A stretch of DNA of 64,000 nt, from NCBI RefSeq assembly GCF_006345805.1, contig NC_043021.1, positions 16,244,001-16,308,000 on the forward strand, in the 5' to 3' direction. How positions within the stretch are numbered: position 1 is the stretch's first letter; every line of letters begins with the position of its first letter. Below the pieces are notes generated by a model. The model saw only the letters and a program-made list of their open reading frames with translations. It was not told the origin of the DNA and ran no database searches. This stretch comes from Octopus sinensis. Taxonomy: Eukaryota. This document shows, one piece after another, positions 1 through 13,264 of this stretch. The translations under genes and the position numbers were made by a program.

Positions 1-78
1 CATTTCTTCTAATATATAATACCTGAACATTATCTCCAAACCTTCTAATGTATATATATATATATAATATATATATAT

Positions 79-349
79 ATAATTAAAAATGAGGGTGTCT
101 GAGAGACACCAACATGCCGAAATAGCAGTCGAAATTCTGACTATAAAAACCACGTTAAGTGTTCATACCGTACCATGAGATAAGACAGAGGGACAAAATA
201 TACAAGCAAAAGTTGCTTTTGCTTGTATATTTTGTCCCTCTGTCTTATCGCATGGTACGATATGAACACTTAACGTGGTTTTTATAGTCAGAATTTCGAC
301 TGCTATTTCGGCATGTTGGTGTCTCTCAGACACCCTCATTTTTAATTAT
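79..349. repeat. Near-perfect palindrome, 134-bp arms, 3-nt loop
   Basis: Arms 79-212 and 216-349 are reverse complements with two mismatches seen. Confidence 0.95.
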
Positions 350-438
350 TAAAAATTATTACCTTTGTACGGTATTTTTTCCATGCTGGCCACTTGATAA
401 TATTGATACTTAAATATCGATATTATCCTCATATATAA

Positions 439-490
<52 letters not shown>

Positions 491-1033
491 TATATATATA
501 CATATATACACACACAAACACATATGGGGGTGGGGCTGCATAGTTGCCATGAAGCAAAGTATTGACCAATCCAAACATATACTAATGTAACAGTAACAAC
601 GATGACAACAACACCACCAACTGCTGACAGAAGTAATTGTGGAGCTGTTAACTTGAGTAACACCTGTTGTCAGAGTTCAAAATTAATAGGGTGTGTGTGT
701 GTTTGTGTGTGGAGAGCAAGAGAATAAGGAGGAGAAGGAATATGATGGTGGTGGTCATACTGAGGCCTTCCTATACAATTCTTCTCCCCCCACCTTAGTT
801 TGTGACATTTTAGTTTTAAAAATCAATATTTGTCAAAAGAAACCATTACAAAAAAAAAACATTTCAACATTATTTTCCGATTTGTGAGAACAGTAGATAA
901 AAACAAAAATAAAACAAACATTACCAGAATCATTAGAATATCAGAAAAAGTAATTATTATTATGGCCAGGTTCCAACCCAGGCCTTTTGGCCCTTCCTTA
1001 GTTTAATACTGACAGGGGTCACATACTCCTCCT

Positions 1034-1345
1034 GTGGAGGCACATGGCCTAGTGGTTAGAGCAGTGGACTCGCAGTCAAGGGATCATGAGTTCAAATCTC
1101 AAACCGGGCGATGTGTGTGTTTATGAGCGAAACACCTAAGATCCACGTGGCTCCGGCAGAAGGTAGTGGCAAAACTTCTGCTGACTCTTTCGCCACAACT
1201 TTCTCTCACTCATTCCTCCTGCATCTTGCAGCTCACCTGCAACGGACCGGCGTCCCATCCAGGTGGGGAACCTATACGCCAAGAAACCGTGAAACCAGCC
1301 CTTATGAGCCAGGCGTGGCTCGAGAAGGAACAAACAATATACTCC
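1034..1345 (+). mobile_element. tRNA-derived SINE family 3 (related copies at ~7890-8285 -, 8360-8570 -, 14943-15180 +, 38531-38870 +)
   Basis: tRNA-like head TGGCCTAGTGGTTAG...GAGTTCAAATCTC and a body shared among copies. Confidence 0.75.
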
Positions 1346-2544
1346 TCTTGTAGATTGCATTTCTTCATTAGTAGAGACAAGATCTCATTTGAAGAATCAG
1401 AGATTGTATAGATCCAACGAATTGGTTTGTTGAAGATTGCATCCACCACATCCCAGCCTCCAACAATTCAAGGTTGGGATGTTTGTATCATTGAGCTTTA
1501 CTCCTCTAGGTCTGGGATTATTTATCTTTATATTCACAGCTAACCTTTATATCTGAGGGCCTTTCCCCTATCTGTCAACTGGGGACCCAGAAGATGGAAA
1601 TTTTCTCTCCACACCAAGGACTGTCGGATAATGGTTTGACTCAGACCTCTCCACCAACTGTTTTAGGAGCCCTCCCTCCAGATTTTCAGTAGAGCTTTAC
1701 CTTTCATCTTTTGGGGTCGATGAAATAAGTACCAGTATAACACTGGGGGGGGGGTCGATGTAATCAACTTACCTGCTTCCTGCAAACTTCAGGCCTTGTG
1801 CCTATAGTAGAAAGGATTATTAATATTATTATTATTATTATTAAGGTGGTGAGCTGACAGAATCGTTAGCACGCCAGGCGAAAAGCTTAGCAGTATTTCA
1901 TCTGTCTTTATGTTCTGAGTTCAAATACTGCCGAGGTTGACTTTGCCTTTCATCTTTTCAGGGTCAATGAAATAAGTACCAGTTATGCACTGAGGTCAAT
2001 GAAATCAACTAAACCAACCACCCCCACCAAATTTCAAGGCCTTGTGCCTAGAGTAGAAATAATTATCATTATCATTATTACTATTATTATTAAAGTGTTG
2101 AGCTGGCAGAATCATTAGCACACTGGGCAAAAATGCTTAGTGGCATTTCGTCCTTCTTTACTTCCCGAGTTCAAATTCTGCTGAGGTCGACTTTGCTTTT
2201 CATCCTTCTGGGGTTGATAAAATAAGTACCAGTCATGCACTGGAGTCGATGTAATCTACTTAATCCCTTCCCCCAAATTTGAGGCCTTGATCTTCCAATA
2301 GAAAGGATTATTATTATTATTATTATACAAAGAGGTGCTATGCCTCAACAGTTTTGTCAAAAGGTGAGTGACTGTGGTAAAAATGGTAGGGAGAACCCTA
2401 AACATGTACTTGTTGATTGGAGGACAACGGCAGGGTGAGGGCTTGTGCCCTTAGTGGTCGGGTCAATCATGGAATAGTCAAGGCTGGAACACATCTGATT
2501 ATGAATTTGCTCAGTCAGGGCTAAATTGGGGTGGGGTGGGGGTG

Positions 2545-3550
2545 GAACAACCACCACCACCACCCCAGTGTCAACAATCTCCTCTGAATTCAACCACCAG
2601 CACCACTACCGACAACAACAGCACAACCACTGACATCGGACCACTAATACTGCAAGCAGCAACAGCAGCAGTAGTAGTAGCAGCAGCAACAACAACAACA
2701 ACAGCAACTGCCACCACCACTGCCACCGTCCACCACGGTATATAAGAGCCAGGAGTAGCTTGTTTGCTTGTGAACGTTCCACCTTTCATACCATCCTCCT
2801 GCTCCTAACCAGCTCTGATGGATGGCTTTGGAAACTGCCGTCCACCACCACCACCACCACCACATCTACTACTACCATTACTATTTCTATCACCCTCCAA
2901 CACACACACACACACACACACACCTCCACGTCTGCCACCAACACTGATTCATAATCACTATTCCACCACCACCACCACCACCACCACCACCACCAATTCC
3001 GTTGTTGCTACCACTCCATCTCCACCGACACCTTCATCACTATAACAACAACCAATGCTGCTACCAACCACCACCACCACACGCATTTCATCATCGCTCC
3101 CATTACTACTACCACCTTCACCATCCCACCTGTTACTACTTCTGCTACCACCATTAATACCTCCTCCTCTACCACCACCACTGCCATTATTACGACCACC
3201 ACCTCCGTTCCATCGACATATCACTACTATTACAATAGCTACTAAACACCACCACCTCCAGCACCTAAACCATTCCCTTTACTGCTGCTACTACTCCTAC
3301 AACCTCCACCACCACCATCATTACTACCACTACTATAACCTCCACAATCATTACTACTACTATTACTACTACAATTACCACCACCACCTTCACCTAAACC
3401 ATTCCCTTTACTGCTGCTGCTGCTACCACTACTACTACAACCTCCACAACCACCACCACAATCATTACTACCACTACTACAACCTCCACCATCATTACTA
3501 CTACTACTATTACTACTACAATTACCACCACCACCACCACTACTGCCATT
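2545..3550. repeat. (CCA)/(CTA)/(CAA) trinucleotide low-complexity region
   Basis: Direct reading; internal ~130-bp duplication starting at 3262 and 3391. Confidence 0.9.
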
Positions 3551-5977
3551 TCTTAAAACAACCCCCCCATCTTTTCTGACCCCTTACAAGGTGTCATTAA
3601 CTAAAAGACATCTTTGCACCTGAATACACGGACACCCACCACCACCACCACCTTCAGAATGGAATAACACGAGACACTATGACCGATACAGGAATGGCTA
3701 GTGTTGTCTTCTGTCAACCTGTCTGGAGATGCCACCCACTGCAGCAGTGACGACAACAACAACAACAGCAGCAAGACAGCAGTTGCTGTTTAACACCAGG
3801 TCGGTCTGCATCCAACAGACCTGTGATTTTGGTGAATGATCTGATCCTTTGCCTAGTTCAGCCCTTTTGATACCTATTTCTTTATTACCCACAAGGGGCT
3901 AAACACAGAGGGGACAAACAAGGACAGACATAGGTATTAAGTCGATTACATCGACCCCAGTGCGTAACTGGTACTTAATTTATCGACCCCGAAAGGATGA
4001 AAGGCAAAGTCGACCTCGGCGGAATTTGAACTCACAACGTAACGGCGACGCATAGGTGCAGGCGTGGCTGTGTGGTAAGAAGTTAGATTCCCAACCATGT
4101 GGTGCTAGGATCAGAAAGAATAGTGTAGATGCAAAAGGCTGTGGGATGGTGGAATTGGCAGAACATCAGACGAAATGCATTGAGTAATTTCTTTGGGATT
4201 TTTACCTTCTGGGTTCAAATCCTACCAAGGTCAGTTTTGTTTTTCATCTTTCTGGGGTCAATAAAATGATATAGTAGTCAAGTCCTGGGGTTAATATAAT
4301 TGACCAACCTCTTACACTCTTTTCCTCCTGTTGGGGCTGGTAAAATGAAGTACCAGTCATGTACTGGAGGCAGTATGATTGCTTAACCCTTTGCCCTTAC
4401 CTTCAGGTCTTATGCTGACGTTAAAAACAATAAAAAAGGGGGGAGCAGTGGAACAGCAACGAACATCATTAACATGTGGTGGGGTGCAGCTGGTATTTGA
4501 GAATGAGAATGGTTTCTAATACTGGCACAAGGCCAGCAATTTTGAAGAAAGGGGCAAGTAGACTGCATCAACTCCAGTACCTGACAGGTGTTTTATTTTC
4601 TTCGACTCACAGAGGATAAAAGGAAAAGTTGACCTTGGCAGAATTTGAACCAAATGCTAAAAGTTCCGGATCTGCATCCAATTGCATTATGAATACCCAC
4701 TGCAATGAATGCTAATAGCCACAATGGTGAAACATAGGCACAAAACAAATGGTTTTGTGGTGGTGGGGGGGTTCCAAAAGGTGTCTCAGTGAGTAGCGTC
4801 CCTGCCTTCCTGAGCTAGTTTTCCACCACATTTCTTTAAATGGCCTTGGTCCTAGGACCACTCATGTCTAGAAACTGAGGTTGGGGGTGAGCAACGGCAT
4901 GCTTCCTGTAGAAAATCCAGCACCAAAAAAGCCTTATGAGAGCAAAGGAGAATGGGCACCAGCCAGCCAGCCAGCCCAAAGGTTGGGTGGGCTGACTGCA
5001 CCTGCCTGCCTCAGTTGCTATGGCATTGTGGTAGATCTGGCCACCCCCATTAACGGAAACAAAACCCAGATTTAAAGCACTGGATGATGATGATGATAAT
5101 ATATATAGGTGCAACTATGGCTGTGTTGTAAGAAGTTTGCTTCCTAACCACAATATTTTGGGTTCACTCCCACTGCATGCACCTTCAACTGTAGCCTTGG
5201 GCCGACCAAAGCCACATAAGCGCATTTGGTAGATGAAAACTGAAATATCCCATCATATATATATCTAGATATCATAACCATTGCCATTTAAAGTCCATTG
5301 TCCATGCTGGCATGGTTTGGATGGCTTGACCACAGCTGGTAAGCTGAGGGGCTGCACCAGACTCCAGTCTGATTTGGCAAGGTTTTTACAGCTGGATGCC
5401 CTTCATAACACCAACCACTTTACAGAGCGTAATGGGTGTGTTTTTACATGTGCGTGCGTGTGTGTGTCATTGTGTATGTGTTTGTCCCTCAACACCGGTT
5501 GACAACTGGTGTTGGTTTGTTTATGTCCCGGTAACCTAGCAAAAGAAAAAAGTACTGGGGTTGATTCGATCGACTAAAAACTCTCCAGCATGGCCATAGT
5601 CTGATGATCAAAACAAGTAAAAGAATAAAAGATACATACATTTTTGGCAGAGGGTTGCACTTAGCCCTTCGGGTATTGGTTTTCCCCAATTCCTGTTTTA
5701 ACCCTTAAGGCACTGTGCCACCACCACCACCACCACCACCACCACTGCCGACTCTTCCTCCTCTACCATAAACAAGCATATTGGCATTAACAAAGCCTGT
5801 GGCAGCGGTCTGACTTAATTTGTAACAACCTGACAAGGAATTAATGTTTACAGCAAGACTAATTACGACGGCGATGCTTAACATGTGTTTCTCTTGATGA
5901 ACCTCAGCTTCCTCGTTTAGTGTTACCAACAGATCTTGACAGAATCCAATTTAGAAAATTGGAAAAATAAAAATAAT

Positions 5978-5986
5978 ATGTATGTA

Positions 5987-6076
<90 letters not shown>

Positions 6077-7560
6077 ACACACACATATATACATACACAC
6101 ATATATACATACACATATACACATACACACACACACATGTATACATACACATACACACACACATATATACATACACATACATACACATACACACACACAT
6201 ATATACATACACATACATACACATACACACACACATATATACATACACATACATACACATACACACACACATACATACACACACATATACATACACACAC
6301 ATCTATACATACACATATACACACATACACACACATATACACACACACACACATATACATACACATATACACACACACACATACATACACATATACACAC
6401 ACACACATACATACACATACACACATATATATACATACACATACACATATATATACATACACATACACATATATATACATACACATACACATATATATAC
6501 ATACACATACACATATATATACATACACATACACATATATATACATACACATACACTATATATATACATACACATATATACATATACACACACACACACA
6601 TACACATATATAATACATACACATACACATATATATATACACACACATACACATATATATATACACACACATACACATATATATATACACACACATACAC
6701 ATATATACATACACACACATACACATATATACATACACACACATACACATATATACATACACACACATACACATATATATACATACACACACATACACAT
6801 ATATATACATACACACACATACACATATATATATATACATACACACACACAGCCACATATATATACATACACATACATACACATATATATACATACACAC
6901 ACATACACACACATACACACACATACACATATATATACATACACATACACACACATACACATATATATACATACACATACACACACATACACATATATAT
7001 ACATACACATACACACACATACACATATATATACATACACATACACACACATACACATATATATACATACACATACACACACATACACATATATATACAT
7101 ACACATACACACACACATACAATATATATACATACACATACACAACACACACATACATATATATACACACACATACACACACATACACACACATACATAC
7201 ACACATACACACACATACACATATATATACATACACATACACACACATACACATATATACATACACATACATACACATATATACATACACATACATACAC
7301 ATATATACATACACATACATACACATATATATACATACACATACACACACATATATATACATACACACACATATATATACATACACACACATATATATAC
7401 ATACACACACATATATATACATACACATACACACACACACACATCTATACATACACATATACACACATACACATATACACACACACAAATATATACATAC
7501 ATACATATATACACACACATATACACATATACATACACATATACACACACACACACACAC
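5978..7560. repeat. Compound (TA)/(CA)/(TACA) microsatellite
   Basis: ~1.6 kb of alternating purine-pyrimidine sequence; similar tracts at 22370-22685 and 23790-24370. Confidence 0.95.
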
Positions 7561-9128
7561 AATTAGTATATATATGTAATTAGGAAACAACTTAAAACAC
7601 GTGGCAATGGGGTGCCAAAAAAGTGGGAGAGAATGGTTAGACGGGGGTTGGTGTTAGTAGCCTAAAGCTTAATCTTTCTATTTCACTCTCAGTCACATCA
7701 TATTCTTTGTAGCATCTAGCTCCCACCCGTACTTCTGGAACGTAGAATTTAGAAGGATAAATAAATGAATAAATAAATATAATGAAATAATACGAGAAAT
7801 ATATGAGTAAAAAAAACCCACAAAAACTAATGTATATTTAAATCTTTTGTAAAAAAAATGCATAATCGGTATAATATTGAAAAAGATACAGTTGTTGTGG
7901 CACTCTGTCAGTGACCACCACGAGGGTTCCAGTTGAACCTGATCAATGGAACAGCCAGCTCGTGAAATTAACATGCAAGTGGCTGAGTACTCCACAGACA
8001 TGTGTACCCTAAACGTAGTTCTTGGGGAGATTCAGCATGACACAGAAAGTGATGAGGCTGGCCCCTTTGAAATACAGGTACAACAACAGAAACAGGAAGA
8101 AAGAGTGAGAGAAAGTTGTGGTGAAAGAGTACAGTAGGGTTCGCCACCCCACCCCCCTGCTGGAGCCTCGTGGAGCTTTAAGTGTTTTCGCTCAATAAAC
8201 ACTCACAATGCCCAGTCTGGGAATCGAAACCGCGATCCTAGACCTCGAGTCTAATGCCCTAAGCCCTGGGCCAATTGTGCCTCCACAAATACCAAATATA
8301 TTAATATGAAAACAAGTTAAAGAAGGGATCCACTTGCTTATTTCACTGTTTTGTCTGTCACAGAATGTGACAAGGATGGCCCCTTTGAAATACAGGTACA
8401 ACAACAGAAACAGGAAGAAAGAGTGAGAGAAAGTTGTGGTGAAAGAATACAGCAGGGTTCGCCACCCCACCCCCTACTGGAGCCTCATGGAGCTTTAGGT
8501 GTTTTCGCTCAATAAACACTCACAATGCTTGGTCTGGGAATCGAAACTGCGATCATATGACTGTGAGTCTGCTGTGAGGGCTAGTCAGGTGGTACTGGCA
8601 ACGGCCACACTCAAAAGGTGCTTTTTATGTGCCACCTGCACAGGAGCCAGTCCAGCAGCACTGGCAATGACCTCGCTTGAATGGTTTTCTTTTTTGGGAA
8701 ATAGAAACCATGCTCTTAGGATCATGAGTACAACACACCCAACTAATAGGCCATGAGCCTTCACTGTGTGCGCATGTGTGTGTAGTGTTTTGTTGAAACT
8801 GGAAAAACCTTACAGCTGTTTCTTAGAGTCGCACATAACTGCTCATCAGTCAGTCATTTTCATTCAACAGATTAAAGGTTCGTTTGATCAGTTGCCTAAT
8901 AATTATCGCTGCACCATTTATAAACTTTTATAAACCATCACATTGTTCTAAATATTCATGAAATGTCTGACAACTGGTTTACCTGAAGCTCTGAATAACA
9001 GCTTGTGAAATCTTTTCTGCTTCAGCAAAATACTACTTTACTCTGCCTTTAGCATTTGAGTACTATTTTCTTCAATATATTTTGCACTTATGTACTCATG
9101 TGTGTGTATGAGCGTGTGTAAGTATGTA

Positions 9129-9261
<133 letters not shown>

Positions 9262-9834
9262 CAAATACATACACAGAGAAATAAAAGAAAGGAATGAAAG
9301 AAGAACAAACACAAAAAACAAACAGAAAAGGAAATGAAAGAATGGGAAAAAAAATTTACATGAAAACAAATAAAGAAAGAAAGAAAGAATGAAAGAAAAA
9401 AAGAAAGAAACTGTAGTAAATCAACAAAAAATCAGAGGTGACATGTTGATTCAAATAAAACATTTTAATGTTTTAAGACAAACATTAAAAAAGAAAGAAA
9501 AACCTTATTAAATTTGGAAAACGAAAATAATGAAAAACCTATAACTAAAGAAAATGTGTAAAAAAAAAAAAAAAAAGATAATTAAAAAATATTACAATCT
9601 TTTTTAAAATCTTCAGAAAATATTAATTTTTTTTTGCTTCTTTGTTTGGCAAAATTAACAATTTTACAGAAGTTAGCAAAATTTAACCAGCAGAAGAGAA
9701 TAATGGAGTTTCAGATCGGATTTCTAATATCTGTGTTGTTACATGATTAAAGACAATGCCTACACACCAGATGGTATCTTATTTTCCCATTATTACTATG
9801 ATTCTTCTTATTATTGTTATTATTATTATTATTA

Positions 9835-9874
<40 letters not shown>

Positions 9875-10932
9875 CGTAATTGTTACTATTATGATAAAGT
9901 GGTGAGTTGGCAGAATTGTTAGCATGCCAGGCAAAATGCTTGGTGGTATATATCATCTGTTTTTACATTCCGAGTTCAAATTCAGCTGGGGTTCATTTTG
10001 CCTTCTATTCTTTTCAGGTTGATAAACCAAGTACCAGTCATGTACTGGGGTTGATGAAATCAACTAACCCCTTCCCTCGAAATCGCTGGTCTTGACTCAA
10101 AATTTGAAACCATTATTGTCATTCTAATATAAGATGGTGAGCTGGCAGAATTTTTAGTACACCGTGGCATATCATCCATCCTTACATTCCGAGTTCAAAT
10201 CCCACAGAGGTCAACTTTTTCTTTCATCCTATCAGGGTCAATAAAATGAGAACCAATGAAACACTGGGGTCAATGTATTTGACCAGTCCCCTCCCCCAAA
10301 ACTTCAGGCCTTGTGTCTTTAGTAGAAAGGATTATCATTATTATTATTATTATTATTATTATCATTCCATTCAATATAAGTCCCAATATGTTTTGTCTGT
10401 CTTTGTATTCACTCCTAATCCTTTGCCCAGGTGGCACAAGTTAAAAACTGCAAGGTAGGGGTTGATTTAATTGACTTAATCCCAGTCTCCTTAATGACTG
10501 CTGACCTTCTGCCAAAATTAGAAAGAGTTATTATCATTATTATTGTTATTATTATTAGAACCCTCTCATACAATTTCAAGTCTTGTGCCTATCATAGAAA
10601 GGATTATTATTATTATATTATTATTATTATTATTATCATTATTATTATTTCCAGCCCTTTACATTTGAATTTAAACCTCAACAGAGTCAGCTTTGTGCAT
10701 CATCCCTCAGGGCTTGATAAAGTACCATTCAAACATCAGGGTCAATGCAGCTGATTAAAGCCCTGTCCATGAAATAGCTGAACTTATACCTTCGAGAAAA
10801 ATTATTAATCAAGACAAATATATTTTGTGTTAATTACATTTTCAGAAAAAAAAAAAAAAACTAAATAAAATTTGTGACTAATTTTGTTTATGTGTTTACC
10901 TTTTTTGCTCCTGTTTTATTTTCCCCCTTTAA

Positions 10933-11152
10933 CCCTTTCGTTACCAACCCGGCTGAAACCGGCTCTGGCTCTGAGTACAAATGTCTTGTTTTCATAAGTT
11001 TTGAATTAAAATCTTCCACCAAACCATAGTCACAATTTATGTTCCTAACACAAGCTGAATGATAACTTAGTTAGTTTACTAAATTCTTTGTTATATTTAA
11101 AGCAATTGAAAGAAACACAGAGCATCTCAAAATAAATACAGTAACGAAAGGG
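10933..11152. mobile_element. piggyBac-type MITE (~220 bp)
   Basis: TTAA on both sides; TIR CCCTTTCGTTAC / GTAACGAAAGGG; further copies elsewhere in the window. Confidence 0.85.
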
Positions 11153-12269
11153 TTAACTAATTTTGAAAATCCTTCTCTTCTTTTTGGGTTATATGTTCTA
11201 AGCGTGGGTTGCATGACTTTACAAACTCAGCACTTTTGATGTGTGAAGAATCGCTATTCTTTGCACACAAAATAATAATAAAAAAAAATCTAAAAAAAGT
11301 TTATAAATAGTTTATTAAGAATGTTCTAGTTTCATTGTCTAGATGAGCTGAAATGCATTGTTAGTGATAAGACCTGGGGGAGGGGAGAGGTTTGTCTCAT
11401 GGTTTATCTCACATTTTTTATTTCTCAATACAAGATATTTTCTCAACAAAACGTTGATCAGGTCCAGACTTATCACCCAGCAGCAGATCAGCCACCTGGG
11501 TATAATTTATAAACAATATAAAAATAGGCACAGGTGTGGCTGTGTGGCAAAAAGCTTGCTTCCCAACCACATGGTTCTGGGTTCAGTTCCACTGCATGAC
11601 CTTGGGCAGGTGTCTACAATAGCCTCGGGCCAACCAAAGCCTTGTGAGTGGATTTTGGTATTTGGAAACAGAAAGAAGCCCATCATGTGTATGTATGTAT
11701 GTGCCTGTGCTTGTCCCCCATCCCATACCATTTGACAACCAGTGTTGGTGTATTTACATCCCCATAACTTAGCAGTTTGGCAAAAGGGACCAATAGAATA
11801 AATACTAGACTTTGAAAAAAAAAAAAAGAGTCCTGGGGTTTATTTGTTCAACTAAAACCCTTCAAGCCAGTGCTCCAGCTTGGCCACAGTCAACTGACTG
11901 AAAAAAGCAAAAGAATAAAAGAATATATTCCTTTATAAAAAAAAAAACTCTTTTACCAGTTTCAGTCATTCAGATTATGCTGGTGCTGGGGGCACTGGAT
12001 TTGAGGGGGTTAGAGTCAGTTCTGTTGACTTCACCCCACCCCCTGCTGCTCAGTATACTCTCTGGTAATTATTTTATTGTCCTCATAAAGGGGGAGATAT
12101 GTCCCCCACCACCTCCATCCCCAAGCAACCTTGGAGTGAAAGAAAGAAACTATGGTGAAACTGAATACCAAGAGCTATTTTTGTTTGAAGTACAGAGTTT
12201 TTGGTAAATATATATAGATTTACATTCATGTACACACGCACACACACGGAGAAGGGAGTACATGGTTGG

Positions 12270-12795
12270 ATGGACAAATATAGAGAGAGATAATCAGACA
12301 AAGATACACAGATAGACAAAGAGATAGACAGACAGACAAGACGGATAGACTGATAGGACAGACAGACAGATAGGACAGACAGATAGATAGGACAGACAGA
12401 TAGACGGACAGAGATAGACGAACAGAGAGAGACGGACAGAGATAGACGAACAGAGAGAGATGGACAGAGATAGACGGACAGACATAGACAGGCGGACAGA
12501 CAGATAGACGGACAGACAGACAAATAGATGGACAGACAGACAAATAGATGGACAGACAGACAGATAGACGGGCAGACAGACAGACAGACGGACAGGCAGA
12601 CAGACGGACAGGCAGACAGAGATAGGCAGACAGAGACAGACAGACACAGACAGGCAGACACAGACAGGCAGACACAGACAGAGATAGTCAGACACAGACA
12701 GAGATAGTCAGACACAGACAGAGATAGTCAGACACAGACAGAGATAGTCAGACACAGACAGAGAAAGGCGGACAGATAGACAGTAATAGACAGAC

Positions 12796-12826
<31 letters not shown>

Positions 12827-12930
12827 TAGACAAAAGACAGACTGATAGCCAGACAAATAAAACAGACAGACAAGCGGACAGGCAGGCAGATAGACAAGCA
12901 GACAAACAAACATATTGATAGACAGATCTC
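12270..12930. repeat. (GACA)/(GATA) compound microsatellite
   Basis: Direct reading; a complementary-type tract lies at 42140-42620. Confidence 0.92.
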
Positions 12931-13121
12931 AATAAACTCCATGTAACCCATACAAACATGGAAAAGTGGACATTAAAGCGATAATGATGATGATGATGAT
13001 GATAATGGCTACATGTGGCACAGGCAGTATCTCCATGTTTACTCGCCGTGCTGTTGTGGAAGTTCTTGCATCATGTATGAGAAGAGTACAAAAGTACACA
13101 CTGAATGGTGGGAATACATAC

Positions 13122-13264
13122 CTGGTCCATGAAGTCCAGCAAGGAATCTCGGTTGTTCTGCCATTCCGCATCGAGTTGTGCAGAGGGGGGATATTTACAA
13201 CAAGACACATAGACGGTAATTTCAAAACAGCCAGCTCTGACGTAGTTATAGTCTTGCATTCCAC
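13122..13264 (-). CDS. CPD: Carboxypeptidase D-like gene, next coding exon (GGMQDYNYVRAGCFEITVYVSCCKYPPSAQLDAEWQNNRDSLLDFMDQ)
   Basis: Acceptor CTTCAG|GT at 13265/13264 completes the phase-1 Gly codon left by the previous exon; donor CAG|GTATGT at 13122/13121; 143 nt. The peptide is the expected continuation of ITNGAxW in M14B enzymes. Confidence 0.92.

Noticed and set aside
1034-1110. tRNA-like sequences (also ~14945 and ~38531)
   Set aside because: SINE heads with A/B boxes, no clean cloverleaf, and continuous with SINE bodies.
3055-3579. 174-aa Pro/His/Tyr-rich ORF
   Set aside because: Trinucleotide low-complexity sequence with no splice or domain support.
5904-7590. Long ORFs of up to 533 aa (YIHT/VCMY-rich), and similar ones at 22-24 kb, 27 kb, 36 kb and 43-48 kb
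   Set aside because: Translations of microsatellites that lack stop codons; no coding signal.
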